Translations under genes and position numbers: made by a program
The notes under the pieces: model-generated
The model's database searches: none
What the model was told of the DNA's origin: nothing
What the model saw: the letters and a program-made list of their open reading frames with translations, nothing else
Source: a virus
Strand: one strand, 5' to 3'
Length of the DNA: 64,000 nucleotides
IMG/VR virus record: IMGVR_UViG_3300044646_003076
Shown here: in pieces, positions 51,652 through 62,431 of the stretch
Layout: each line of letters starts with the position of its first letter
How positions within the stretch are numbered: the stretch's first letter is position 1

Positions 51652-54645
51652 ATGCCAAAAAAAGAAGAGCATTATTTAGGTAATCCCCTATTAAAAAGAT
51701 CTAATATTGATGTAGAGCTAACTCAGGAACAGTTTATTGAATTAGCAAAATGTGCTGATGATCCGATTTATTTTGCTAAGAATTATATTAAAATTGTAAC
51801 TCTTAATGAAGGTCTAGTAAATTTTAAGCCTTATCCTTTTCAGGAAGAAATGCTTAAAAACTTCTATGAGAAAAGATTTAATATTTGCAAACTGCCCAGG
51901 CAAAGCGGAAAATCAACGACTACTGTTGCATTCTTGATTCATAACATGCTTTTTGATGAGCACACATCTATTGCGATTCTTGCTAACAAAGCCCAGACAG
52001 CAAAAGAAATTTTATCAAGACTTCAAACGGCATATGAGAATCTTCCAAAATGGATGCAACAGGGTGTTAAATCTTGCAATAAAACTTCAATGGAGCTTGA
52101 GAATGGCTCTAAGGTAATTGCCGCATCTACTTCGGCATCAGCGGTTAGAGGTGGTACTTATTCACTGCTAATGTTGGATGAATATGCATTCGTTCCCGAA
52201 CAGATTGCTAATAACTTTATGCGATCTGTTTATCCAACGATCTCGTCCGGTGATAATTCTAAAGTTATTGTGGTATCTTGTGTCACTAAAGATACTTATC
52301 TCTTAACACCTTCGGGATATAGAAAAATTGAGCGCCTAATTGACGAAAAGAAAGAAGGTGCTTATTTTACAAATGAATATACCGTGATGGGTAGAGATAA
52401 ATTCTATTCAAGTAATATAATTGTTAATAACGGAAAATCAACAACTAATATCATTAAAACTCGTTATGAAGAACTTGAATGCTCCGAAAACCATAAGTTA
52501 TGGGCACATAAAAATGGTAGATATGATTATTTTAAGAGTAGTGAATTAGCTGTTGGTGACTATATTGCCTTAAAATATAACACTCAAGTTTTCGGTAATA
52601 ACGATTATGTTGGATATTACCCCGAAAAGGGTAAAAATAAAAATCATTTTTCTTGTTCATATATTAACGAGGATATCGCCTATTTCGTTGGTCTTTATAT
52701 CTCAGAAGGTTATGCTAGAGACCATTATTCAAAGTCTAGTGGAAATTTAATCGGTGGACAAATAGTAATATCTTGTGGAGACGATATTTCAGAATCACTG
52801 AGCAAACTAGGTTTAAAGTTCAGAAAAATTGATGATGTTCATTACATCATAAATTCAAAAAATTTAGTAGGATTTTTAAAGGAATTAGGTTTTGATGTTA
52901 CAAAGAAAGCTCCATCTAAAACGATCCCCGATAAAGTACTATCATGGTCTAAAAATAACATAACAGCATTACTCAGGGGAATGTTTGATGGTGATGGTGG
53001 AATCACAAAGAGAGGCAGAATTCATTATTCCTCAACTTCTAGAGAATTAATAAGACAAGTTCAACTTTTATTATCTAATTTGGGAATTTTGGGTTCAATT
53101 TATAAATCTATAACACCCCCCACAGAGAAAGTAAAAGTTTATTCTACAGTTTATACTATTGAAATTGAAGGCAGGTTTTCTACAGCTTATAAAGATCAAA
53201 TAGGATTCGGATTAAAAAGAAAAAAAGACTTATTTTCATACATAAAAATTCCAAGTAGAACTGGACATCCTACAGATGTTGTTCCAGAGTCTGCTTTAAC
53301 AATAATAAAAAATGGCAACAAAGAAATAGAAAAACTTTATCTTATTCCTAAACGGAAAAAGAAGGTTTTTACTACTTTTTCAAGAAGTTTACTATTAGAG
53401 CACAAATCTAAAATTTATCCTTTAGCTGATGATAATCTCAAAGAATTTTTTGATGATAATGTAGACGAGAATCTAATCTGGTTAAAAATTAAAGATACCC
53501 AAAAATCAGAAAATGAAGTTTTTGATGTTTCTCTTCCTGATGTAAAAGATGATAAATGGTGTCACTCGGTTCTTTATAATAACTTTTTAGGTCATCAGAC
53601 GCCACAAGGCATGAATCATTTTTATAATCTTTGGATGAGCGCAAAGAAAGGTAAAAATGGTTACCATCCATTTGAGATCCATTGGTCTGACGTACCGGGA
53701 AGAGACGAAAAATGGAAACAACAACAGATTGCTAACACTAGCGAAAAAGACTTCAACCAAGAATTCAATACTGAATTTTTAGGCTCAACAGAAACTCTTA
53801 TTTCAGGCCAAAAGCTCGTTAAAATTCACACCTCTGATCCATTAAGATCAATAAACTCTCTTGATGTTTACGAAGAACCCAAAGAAGATCATGTTTATGT
53901 AACATTAGTAGATACTGCCCAAGGAGTAGAAAAAGATTATCATGCTTTTGTTATTATTGACATAACAAACAACTCCAACAACAAAGGATTACCCGCATAC
54001 AACGTAGTAGCAAAATATAAAAATAATGAAATCAAACCTGAAATTTATTCCAGTGTTGTTAAAGATATAGCTTTTGTTTATAATCAATCATTTTTATTAT
54101 GCGAAGTTAATGAAACGGGTAGACAAGTAGCGAATGATCTATTAGAGGATGGTTATCCTAATATGTTACAGTGTTCAACAAAAGCCAGAAGTGGTCAGTT
54201 TATTGGTCAAAATTTCTCTGGTAAATATGAACCCGGTGTTAAGATGCAGAAGAACGTCAAAAAGATTGGCTGCATAAAACTCAAGACTCTTATTGAAGAA
54301 AATATCCTGTTCATCAATGATAGAGACATCTTTGCTGAATTAACAACCTTCGTTCAAAAAGGTTCAACATTTGAAGCAGAAGCTGGTAAAAATGACGATC
54401 TTGTTATGTGTCTAGTGATGTTCTCTTGGCTAACAACCAATCAGTATTTCAAAGATCTTGTTGATGATGATTTAAGAAAAAGACTACTACAAGAGAAAAA
54501 AGACCAAGAGGAATCTGATATTTTACCTTTTGGTTTTGCTCCTTATGAAGAAGAAGTGATAGTTGATGAAAAAACCGGAAATGTATGGCAAGTTGTTGAA
54601 GAAGATGAAATGAATGCTATGTTAAATCTATTCAATTACTATTAA
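51652..54645 (+). CDS. gp17: terminase large subunit gp17 containing an intein
   Basis: Walker A RQSGKST, Walker B LMLDEYAF; nuclease DTAQG and DDLVMCL. Confidence 0.97.
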   Translation: MPKKEEHYLGNPLLKRSNIDVELTQEQFIELAKCADDPIYFAKNYIKIVTLNEGLVNFKPYPFQEEMLKNFYEKRFNICKLPRQSGKSTTTVAFLIHNMLFDEHTSIAILANKAQTAKEILSRLQTAYENLPKWMQQGVKSCNKTSMELENGSKVIAASTSASAVRGGTYSLLMLDEYAFVPEQIANNFMRSVYPTISSGDNSKVIVVSCVTKDTYLLTPSGYRKIERLIDEKKEGAYFTNEYTVMGRDKFYSSNIIVNNGKSTTNIIKTRYEELECSENHKLWAHKNGRYDYFKSSELAVGDYIALKYNTQVFGNNDYVGYYPEKGKNKNHFSCSYINEDIAYFVGLYISEGYARDHYSKSSGNLIGGQIVISCGDDISESLSKLGLKFRKIDDVHYIINSKNLVGFLKELGFDVTKKAPSKTIPDKVLSWSKNNITALLRGMFDGDGGITKRGRIHYSSTSRELIRQVQLLLSNLGILGSIYKSITPPTEKVKVYSTVYTIEIEGRFSTAYKDQIGFGLKRKKDLFSYIKIPSRTGHPTDVVPESALTIIKNGNKEIEKLYLIPKRKKKVFTTFSRSLLLEHKSKIYPLADDNLKEFFDDNVDENLIWLKIKDTQKSENEVFDVSLPDVKDDKWCHSVLYNNFLGHQTPQGMNHFYNLWMSAKKGKNGYHPFEIHWSDVPGRDEKWKQQQIANTSEKDFNQEFNTEFLGSTETLISGQKLVKIHTSDPLRSINSLDVYEEPKEDHVYVTLVDTAQGVEKDYHAFVIIDITNNSNNKGLPAYNVVAKYKNNEIKPEIYSSVVKDIAFVYNQSFLLCEVNETGRQVANDLLEDGYPNMLQCSTKARSGQFIGQNFSGKYEPGVKMQKNVKKIGCIKLKTLIEENILFINDRDIFAELTTFVQKGSTFEAEAGKNDDLVMCLVMFSWLTTNQYFKDLVDDDLRKRLLQEKKDQEESDILPFGFAPYEEEVIVDEKTGNVWQVVEEDEMNAMLNLFNYY
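52279..53598 (+). mobile_element. intein with LAGLIDADG homing endonuclease (440 aa), C-terminal His-Gln
   Basis: VVS|CVTKDTYLL...NNFLGHQ|TPQG; LAGLIDADG blocks FVGLYISEG and LRGMFDGDG. Confidence 0.93.
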
Positions 54646-54699
54646 AAAGACCGTTTACCTAAATAATTTTTAGCAAGCTGAATTATTTTGGAGCAATAA

Positions 54700-56880
54700 A
54701 TGGCAACACCTCAATTATCTCCAGGGGTTCTTACTAGGGAAGTAGATCTTACTGTAGGTCGTGCAGATAATGTACTTGATAACATCGGCGCTTTTGCTGG
54801 TCCCTTTCCTATTGGCCCGGTAGAAGATCCGATTGATATTATCACCGAGCAAGATCTTATTAAAGTATTTGGTAAACCAGAAAATACTAATAATCAATAT
54901 GAATATTGGATGTCTGCCAGTTCATATCTGAGTTATGGTGGTATTCTAAAGGTCGTTCGTGTAGATGATGCAAATCTTGTTAACGCTAACGCAATTCGTA
55001 ATTCTTCTGGAGTTTCAACTTGTGGTGATACTACACTCAAAATCAAAAACTTTGATGACTACGAATTAAATCATTCTGACGATATTGCCAATTATATCTT
55101 TGCTGCCAAAAATCCCGGAGAGTGGGCCAACAGTCTTAAGGTTTGCATTGTTGATAACAAGGCCGATCAGACTTTAACCGTTTCTGCTGGTACTGCTACA
55201 TCTACCGCTATTGGTATGGGTGTTACTGTTGCTCTCACCAATCAAGTTGTGGCTGGCGCTGGTTCTACTAGCCTCTTCAATGGTTATCTGAAGGGTATTG
55301 TAACTGGTAAATCCAGTGCATCTCTTGATGTTAAAATTGTCTCAAGAGTAGCTACTGGTAGTACAGAAGAGCAACTCGTTGAGTACAGAAACGGCGACCA
55401 ATTAACTTCTATCGTATCTGGTAGCACTATTACTGTTACTAATTCTGTGGGTGCTGCACAAACCACCCAAACTCTTGCTGCAGATTCTGTTGTTGATTGG
55501 TATGATCAACAAAAACTGGAACTCGTTAATACTACCATTTATTGGAATTCCATTGCACCTAAGCCCATCAGTAGCGAATTTGCGGCTGAAAGAAATGGTA
55601 GAAACGATTCTATTCATATTGCTATTGTTGATGACACTGGAACTGTCACCGGCATTCAAGGCAATCTTCTAGAGAAACATCTATTCCTTTCTAAGGCAAC
55701 CGATGCCATTTCTGCAGTAAATTCACCTCAGAAAATCTGGTGGAAGGATTATCTTGCTCAGTTTTCTAATTTTGTTTTTGTTGGTGATGATCCATCTGAC
55801 AACAGCAATCCTAATGAGGTAGTTTATCAAACTGGTTTCTCTAGTGGTTTTGTTGGTATTACTACCGCTCAGGGTCAATGGAATCAGCCAGCACAAAGCA
55901 AAACTTTCTCAGCTATCGGTAACGTAACCTATAATCTGTCCGGTGGTAAGAACTATGGCAGCACAAGCGGTTTGACTGCTACTCTTGCCAATTTGGTCTC
56001 CGCATATAGATTGTTCAATAACAGAGACGAGATCCCTGTTGACTACCTGATTATGGGACCCGGTTTGACCAATAAGGCAGAGTCTCAGGCTAAGGCCCAG
56101 GAACTCATCGCTATTGCAAATCGAAGAAAGGATTGTATCGCAACTATCTCACCTCATAGAGATGATGTAGTTGGAGTAACTAACCGTGAAACCCAGACCG
56201 ATAATGTCATTTCGTTCTATGCTCCATTATCATCTTCATCTTATGCGATTTTTGATGATAATTACAAATATACTTTTGATCGCTTCAATAATAAGTTCCG
56301 ATATGTGCCAACCAATGCCGATGTTGCAGGTCTTTGTGTAAGAACCAGTATCGTTGCATATCCTTGGTTCTCTCCTGCAGGACAACAAAGAGGTATTCTC
56401 AATAATGCTATCAAACTTGCTTATAATTCTGAGCGTCCTCAGAGAGATCGGCTTTATTCTCAGAGAATCAACTCTGTAATCAATCAGCCTGGTATCGGAA
56501 TTCTACTTTACGGTGATAAGACTGCATTGGGTTATGCATCGGCGTTTGATAGAATCAACGTTCGTAGACTCTTTCTTACTATTGAACAAGCATTTGAAAG
56601 ACTTGCACAGGCTCAACTATTTGAAATCAACGACGATATTTCTCGTTCTAATTTCATCAACAGAGTTGAACCTTATCTACGTGATGTTCAAGCCAAGCGC
56701 GGTCTTTATGATTTCCGTGTTGTTTGTGATGAATCTAATAACACTCCCGATGTTATTGATAACAATGAATTTAGAGGAGATATTTACCTCAAGCCTGCCA
56801 AAACAACCAACTTCATCACTCTTACTTATGTTGCAACCCGAACTGGAGTAAGTTTTGAAGAAGTTGTTGGTAGAGTATAA
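54700..56880 (+). CDS. gp18: tail sheath gp18
   Basis: LSPGVLTREVDLT and FDRINVRRLF motifs. Confidence 0.97.
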   Translation: MATPQLSPGVLTREVDLTVGRADNVLDNIGAFAGPFPIGPVEDPIDIITEQDLIKVFGKPENTNNQYEYWMSASSYLSYGGILKVVRVDDANLVNANAIRNSSGVSTCGDTTLKIKNFDDYELNHSDDIANYIFAAKNPGEWANSLKVCIVDNKADQTLTVSAGTATSTAIGMGVTVALTNQVVAGAGSTSLFNGYLKGIVTGKSSASLDVKIVSRVATGSTEEQLVEYRNGDQLTSIVSGSTITVTNSVGAAQTTQTLAADSVVDWYDQQKLELVNTTIYWNSIAPKPISSEFAAERNGRNDSIHIAIVDDTGTVTGIQGNLLEKHLFLSKATDAISAVNSPQKIWWKDYLAQFSNFVFVGDDPSDNSNPNEVVYQTGFSSGFVGITTAQGQWNQPAQSKTFSAIGNVTYNLSGGKNYGSTSGLTATLANLVSAYRLFNNRDEIPVDYLIMGPGLTNKAESQAKAQELIAIANRRKDCIATISPHRDDVVGVTNRETQTDNVISFYAPLSSSSYAIFDDNYKYTFDRFNNKFRYVPTNADVAGLCVRTSIVAYPWFSPAGQQRGILNNAIKLAYNSERPQRDRLYSQRINSVINQPGIGILLYGDKTALGYASAFDRINVRRLFLTIEQAFERLAQAQLFEINDDISRSNFINRVEPYLRDVQAKRGLYDFRVVCDESNNTPDVIDNNEFRGDIYLKPAKTTNFITLTYVATRTGVSFEEVVGRV

Positions 56881-56913
56881 TTATATTAAATACTTATTAC
56901 GGAGGATAAATTA

Positions 56914-57549
56914 ATGTCTACTCTAAGAACAATTACTGGCTTCAAACAAAGATTAAGAGGTGGTGGCTCTCGTCCTAATCTTTTTGAAGTCAGTATTCCC
57001 GCTTTTCCATCTACTCTAGGTATTACCTGGGGTAGACAGGAAGCAGAAGATTTTAACTTCTTTTGTAAATCGGCTGCTATTCCGGGCTCAACCGTCAATC
57101 CGATTGATGTGCCATTTCGCGGACGTTCATTAAAAATTGCGGGCGATAGAACCGTTGCACCTTGGACAGTAACCGTTACTAACGATGAATCATTCAATCT
57201 TCATAATGCCTTTTTGCAGTGGCAGAATGGTATGAATAAGATGGAAAACGCTACTGGTGCAACATCTCCTTCTGCATATATGGTCAATGCTTATGTTGAT
57301 CAATTAGGAAGAGGTGCAGACGCTGGACGTTATTCTACTCGCAACTCCGCTACTGGTGGCGCGGTTGGTAACGTGTCTATTCCTCCGGTCCGTAGATTCA
57401 AACTTATTGATGTCTGGCCTTCGGATGTAGGTGAGATCGCTCTTTCTTATGAACAAGACAACACTATTGAAGAATTTAGTGTTGAGTTCCAGATTCAATA
57501 CATCGCTGTTGGTGAAGATGGAGATCAAAACGGAGTGATTATTCGCTAA
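56914..57549 (+). CDS. gp19: tail tube gp19
   Basis: GGSRPNLFEV and FRGR.LKIAGDRT...WTVT motifs. Confidence 0.96.
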   Translation: MSTLRTITGFKQRLRGGGSRPNLFEVSIPAFPSTLGITWGRQEAEDFNFFCKSAAIPGSTVNPIDVPFRGRSLKIAGDRTVAPWTVTVTNDESFNLHNAFLQWQNGMNKMENATGATSPSAYMVNAYVDQLGRGADAGRYSTRNSATGGAVGNVSIPPVRRFKLIDVWPSDVGEIALSYEQDNTIEEFSVEFQIQYIAVGEDGDQNGVIIR

Positions 57550-57578
57550 TAAATAGATCACTTAGAACTGTTTGATAT

Positions 57579-59702
57579 ATGACTAAACTTTTTGGTTTTT
57601 CAATTGATGATGATAGCGAATTATCTCCTAGTACACTTTCCCCCGTTGCTCCTTCAGATGAGGACGGGGCTGATTTTTATCTAACTAGCGGATTTTTCGG
57701 TACTCATATTGATATTGAAAATATCTATAGAACCGAATTTGATCTTATTCGTAGATATCGTGAAATGGCGCTACATCCAGAGGTTGATTCCGCTATTGAA
57801 GATATCGTAAATGAGGCTATTGTTTCTGATACTAATGATTCTCCAGTTCAAATTGAATTGTCTAATCTTAATGCAAGTGATAAACTAAAAGCAGACATTA
57901 GACAAGAATTCAAGTATATTTTAGAAATGTTAGATTTTGATAAAAAAGCTCACGAGATTTACCGTAACTGGTATGTTGATGGAAGACTGTATTATCATAA
58001 AGTTATTGATATCAAAAGACCCAAAGACGGCATTCAGGATCTTCGCTACATTGATTCCATGAAAATGCGTTATGTTCGTCAAGAAGTAAAAACCGAAAAC
58101 GAAAAAATTTCAGCTAGACAATTCGGTGATGCTGATCCGATGAACTATAAGTTCCCGAAGATTGAGGAATATTTTATATACACACCAAACACATCTTATC
58201 CTGTGGGTGGACCAAAAGAAATGACCGCAGGACACGAAAAAGGTGTTAAATTTGCTCGTGATTCTATTGTTTATTGTACGAGTGGTCTTCTTGATAGAAA
58301 TAAAGGAACAACATTATCATATCTCAATAAGGCATCTAAAACACTCAATCAATTAAGAATGATTGAAGATAGTCTTGTTATTTACCGACTTCTTCGTAGT
58401 TCTGAACGTCGGGTATTTTATATTGACGTTGGTAATCTACCAAAAGTGAAAGCAGAACAACATCTTCGGGATGTGATGATGCGTTATCGTAATCGGTTGA
58501 CTTATTCTACATCCGATGGTACTATTAAGGATGATAAGAAATTTATGGCAATGATGGAAGATTTCTTTCTTCCTAGACGTGAAGGTGGCAGAGGGACTCA
58601 GCTTGATATTGTTCCTGGTGGTTGCCTTGCTATGAATACTAAAGTATCTCTTTTGGATGGTAGAGAACTTTCTATCTCAGAAATTGAAAATGAGATGAAG
58701 GATGGTAAAAAACTTTGGACTTATTCATGTCATCCAACAACAGGTGAATTCGCTCCCGGATTAATTTCATGGGCGGGTGTTACACAGAAAAAAGCTAAAG
58801 TATTAAGAATCACTTTGGATAATGGTGAGAGTGTGGTGTGTACTTACGATCACAAGTTCCCAATTTATGATGTTGGTTTTGTTGAAGCTCAAGAATTAAC
58901 GACGGAATCTAGAGTAATTAGTGCTCATAAAAATCCCAACATCATTCCAACTATCGTTAATATTGAATATCTTCCAGATGAAATTGAAGTCGGTACTCTT
59001 ACTATTGATTCCGATGAAACTATCCACAATTATCATACATTCGCATTATCTTGTGGAATTTATACAAAAAACAGTAATCTCGGCGAATTAACCGATATAA
59101 ACTACTTCCAACGTAAGCTCTATAAGGATCTTGGTGTTCCCGAATCTCGCATTGGCGGTGACTCAGGTTTTAATCTTGGTAGATCTTCTGAAATTCTGCG
59201 CGATGAAGTTAAATTCTCTAAATTCGTTGGAAGACTTCGCAAGAGATTTGCGGGATTATTCACCGATATGTTAAAAACTCAACTCATTCTTAAAAATATC
59301 ATCACACCACAAGATTGGTCACAAATGAGTGAGCACATTCAGTTTGACTTCTTGTATGATAATCACTTTGCCGAACTCAAAGAAGCCGAATTGCTCACAG
59401 AGAGAATGAATAATCTTTCTATAGCAGAACCTTATATCGGAAAATATTTTTCTCGTGATTATGCTCGTCGTAAGATTCTTCGTCAGACGGATCAAGAGAT
59501 TGTTGAAGAAGATGCTAAGATCAAAAAAGAAATTAAAGATGGTGTTATTCCCGATCCAAACATTCCAGTTGATCCTAATACCGGTCTTCCTCTACCTATG
59601 GAGAGTCCAGGCAATAACATTCAAGGTGATATGGGTAAAATTCCCGTAGAACCAAAAGTGGATAGCTCCGCCGTTGAAGCCCCGAAAGGTGGCGAAATCT
59701 AA
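57579..59702 (+). CDS. gp20: portal vertex protein gp20 containing a mini-intein
   Basis: MIEDSLVIYRL, RRVFYIDVGNLP and LPRREGGRGT motifs. Confidence 0.97.
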   Translation: MTKLFGFSIDDDSELSPSTLSPVAPSDEDGADFYLTSGFFGTHIDIENIYRTEFDLIRRYREMALHPEVDSAIEDIVNEAIVSDTNDSPVQIELSNLNASDKLKADIRQEFKYILEMLDFDKKAHEIYRNWYVDGRLYYHKVIDIKRPKDGIQDLRYIDSMKMRYVRQEVKTENEKISARQFGDADPMNYKFPKIEEYFIYTPNTSYPVGGPKEMTAGHEKGVKFARDSIVYCTSGLLDRNKGTTLSYLNKASKTLNQLRMIEDSLVIYRLLRSSERRVFYIDVGNLPKVKAEQHLRDVMMRYRNRLTYSTSDGTIKDDKKFMAMMEDFFLPRREGGRGTQLDIVPGGCLAMNTKVSLLDGRELSISEIENEMKDGKKLWTYSCHPTTGEFAPGLISWAGVTQKKAKVLRITLDNGESVVCTYDHKFPIYDVGFVEAQELTTESRVISAHKNPNIIPTIVNIEYLPDEIEVGTLTIDSDETIHNYHTFALSCGIYTKNSNLGELTDINYFQRKLYKDLGVPESRIGGDSGFNLGRSSEILRDEVKFSKFVGRLRKRFAGLFTDMLKTQLILKNIITPQDWSQMSEHIQFDFLYDNHFAELKEAELLTERMNNLSIAEPYIGKYFSRDYARRKILRQTDQEIVEEDAKIKKEIKDGVIPDPNIPVDPNTGLPLPMESPGNNIQGDMGKIPVEPKVDSSAVEAPKGGEI
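58623..59072 (+). mobile_element. mini-intein (150 aa, no endonuclease)
   Basis: VPGG|CLAMNTKVSLL...CTYDHKF...GIYTKN|SNLGE. Confidence 0.92.
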
Positions 59703-59725
59703 ATACAATTATTCTAAAAACAATT

Positions 59726-59881
59726 ATGGAAAATCTAGCTCAAATGATTCTTCAAAAAGAATCTCCTTCAAAAATTTCTGATTATATCAAAGACCAACTG
59801 AATCTAAAAGCGGTTGAAAAAATTGATCAATTCCGACCAGAAGTAGCCGCTAATCTTTTTGGCGTAGAAGAAGAAAATTGA
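59726..59881 (+). CDS. small conserved protein after the portal gene (51 aa, prohead-core-like position; not in track)
   Basis: MENLAQMILQKESPSKISDYIKDQL...RPEVAANLFG; late promoter at 59699. Confidence 0.75.
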   Translation: MENLAQMILQKESPSKISDYIKDQLNLKAVEKIDQFRPEVAANLFGVEEEN

Positions 59882-59882
59882 A

Positions 59883-60554
59883 ATGGATCTGAGTGATCTT
59901 TTTCAATTAGTATCCGAAGAAAAGAAAAAACAAAAAGAGGAGTTTGATAATCTCGTATCAGACTCCTTTGAAAATCTAGTCTGGAATCAATTAGAAGAGA
60001 AAACTAAACCTAAAAAGAAAAAGAAGAAAGTAATAAAAGAAGAGGTATTACCACCTCAACCACAAACATTACTAGAGCGTTCTTTAGGAATATTATCGGA
60101 GCCTTCTGATAAAAAACAAGACCGTGATCCACTAACACCATTAGATCAAAAGTTTGTAACATTTGAAGAGCTTCAAAAACATTACACACTATTCATCTCA
60201 AGAATCCAACAGCAGTTATCCACATTAGGTGGAGGTGGTGAAGCTAATCTAGCCTTTATGACGTTGCCGGTAAGAACGGTAACGTCTTCTTCTTATATAA
60301 TCACACATAGAGATTATTATGTTGGAGTTAATTATGCAGGAGCGGTTACGATTACTTTACCTAAAGCCGACCGTGAAGGTAGAAAATATACAATAAAAGA
60401 TGAATTAGGTCAAGCATCTAGAGGAACTAATCGCTACATAACAATCGTTCCTCAATCTGGTGATCTTATTGATGGAAGAAATAATGCAATATTAGCTTTT
60501 GATTATGGTAGTCTAACATTTATATGGAAAAGTAATTCCTGGAGAATCATATGA
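59883..60554 (+). CDS. hypothetical virion-associated protein with C-terminal fibre/beta-domain
   Basis: IQQQLSTLGGGGE motif; AVTITLP...YTIKDELG.A module. Confidence 0.75.
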   Translation: MDLSDLFQLVSEEKKKQKEEFDNLVSDSFENLVWNQLEEKTKPKKKKKKVIKEEVLPPQPQTLLERSLGILSEPSDKKQDRDPLTPLDQKFVTFEELQKHYTLFISRIQQQLSTLGGGGEANLAFMTLPVRTVTSSSYIITHRDYYVGVNYAGAVTITLPKADREGRKYTIKDELGQASRGTNRYITIVPQSGDLIDGRNNAILAFDYGSLTFIWKSNSWRII

Positions 60555-61801
60555 GTCATCTTTTTGCACCACCGAAACAAGAACAAGATGCATTTGGTAG
60601 ATTAAGAATTTCTGATCCCTTTACTCTAGGTGATTATAAACATATCTTTTATCTTAATCCTGAATTTATTAATGCAGTTTCAGGTGCAGGATCTTCAGTT
60701 TATTACGATAAAAATCAATCTGCAGCTATTCTTCAGGTTGGTGTAACGTCTGGTGCCTATGCGATTCATCAAACAAGACAATATCATCCATATGCACCAG
60801 GAAAATCTCAGCTAATCTTATCTTCTATCAATTTCAAAGAAGCTGTTCCCAATAACATCAGAAGAACAGGATATTTTGATGATCATAATGGAATTTTTGT
60901 AGAAGTTGATGCATCAGGTAGAATAAATTTTGTTATAAGATCTGATGTTTCTGGAGTTATTTCTGAAAGAAGAGTAACCCAATCGGATTGGAATAAAGAT
61001 CCGTTAAACGGTGGTGGTCCTTCTGGTTATAATATCAATATCAATAAAACTCAACTTTTTATTACCGATTTTGAATGGTTAGGTGTTGGAGTTGTCCGAT
61101 GTGGTTTTGCTATTGATGGAAGAAACATAATCTGTCATGAATTTTATAATGCAAATAATCTTGAAACCGTTTACATGAGAATGCCGAATCTTCCTGTTAG
61201 ATGTGAAATTAGAAACGTTGGAACTATTGGAGCTGCTACTTCTTTCACTCAGATTTGCTCAACTGTTATTAGTGAAGGTGGTTATGAGGAAACTGGATTT
61301 GAATGGTCACATACTACACCCCTAAGATCAATTAGTGTTGGATCTTCTTTACCCGCGATTACAATAAAGCTTAAAAATACTTTTAAAGACGATAAAAATA
61401 GAGTAAACGTTAAACTCACTAACGTTTCTGTATTTGCTGTTGGTGGTAATGTTCGCTACGAAATCGTCAAAATTCCAACAAGTGTGGGTATTAATACATC
61501 AGGAACATGGATCTCAGAAAACGATAATTCGGCAGTTGAATACAATCAAACCGCAACTGGTATATCTTCCGTTTATTATGAAGATGTTTCTGGTGGTTAT
61601 GCTGCAGGAAGTAGTCAAAATGCAAACGTTATTAATGGTTCTTCTTCTACAGCACAGATAGGACCAAAAGCCAAAAAGAATTTTATCTGTCAAAATTATG
61701 ATTCTACTGATTCAGAATTATTCTCAGTAAGAGTTTATAATATAGATTCTAGTTATACTGCTCAAGTTGGCGTTTCTATACATTGGAAGGAAATATACTA
61801 A
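60551..61801 (+). CDS. beta-rich virion structural protein
   Basis: DAFGRLRISDP, YAPGKSQL and D.EWLGVG.VR.GF motifs, typical of phage structural beta-sandwich proteins. Confidence 0.7.
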   Translation: MSHLFAPPKQEQDAFGRLRISDPFTLGDYKHIFYLNPEFINAVSGAGSSVYYDKNQSAAILQVGVTSGAYAIHQTRQYHPYAPGKSQLILSSINFKEAVPNNIRRTGYFDDHNGIFVEVDASGRINFVIRSDVSGVISERRVTQSDWNKDPLNGGGPSGYNININKTQLFITDFEWLGVGVVRCGFAIDGRNIICHEFYNANNLETVYMRMPNLPVRCEIRNVGTIGAATSFTQICSTVISEGGYEETGFEWSHTTPLRSISVGSSLPAITIKLKNTFKDDKNRVNVKLTNVSVFAVGGNVRYEIVKIPTSVGINTSGTWISENDNSAVEYNQTATGISSVYYEDVSGGYAAGSSQNANVINGSSSTAQIGPKAKKNFICQNYDSTDSELFSVRVYNIDSSYTAQVGVSIHWKEIY

Positions 61802-61835
61802 ATCCTAAATAGGTTATAGTTAAAATTGTCTTATA

Positions 61836-62387
61836 ATGGCTCATAAACCCGTAGGTATTGGTAGTTCTTTTTCGGTTTCATCTGGAGCTGCTACTACATC
61901 ACAACCATTTCAAGTTTATAGTGATACTCTGAGAATTGTATCAACGGCACCCGCTTTTGTTAAAATTGATTCTGAGCCAACGGCATCGCCAAGTAATTAT
62001 TACGTCTCTAACACAAGAGAATATACTTTAGCTCTTTCTCCCACTTCGGCAAGAATTGCTGGAATTACTACTGGTGCAACAACTATTATTGATTTTCTAG
62101 AAGGAACATTTTCTCCTTTTGGTGTGGGTGATTATGTTTCCTTAACATCACCAAATCAATCATATTATAACTTTACTCATAAAAAAGTTCTTAATGTTCA
62201 AACATCAGCAATGGGTGTTGATGGTTATCATTCTCGTAGAATTATTGTTGAGAATAATTCATCGGGTATCGTGACAGCATATACCGCTAATGATGCAGAT
62301 CTTAGAACCTCAGCAAAGATTTCTGCATATGGTTTGGGTGCTGGTGCGATTTATTATCATCAGGTCCAAATCTCTGGTGATGCATAA
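61836..62387 (+). CDS. conserved cyanomyophage hypothetical protein upstream of gp21
   Basis: MAHKPVGIG...QVQISGDA; own late promoter. Confidence 0.8.
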   Translation: MAHKPVGIGSSFSVSSGAATTSQPFQVYSDTLRIVSTAPAFVKIDSEPTASPSNYYVSNTREYTLALSPTSARIAGITTGATTIIDFLEGTFSPFGVGDYVSLTSPNQSYYNFTHKKVLNVQTSAMGVDGYHSRRIIVENNSSGIVTAYTANDADLRTSAKISAYGLGAGAIYYHQVQISGDA

Positions 62388-62431
62388 AATCTTCACTTTC
62401 TCTAAATAGTTTATAATTATTCCGATTAATA

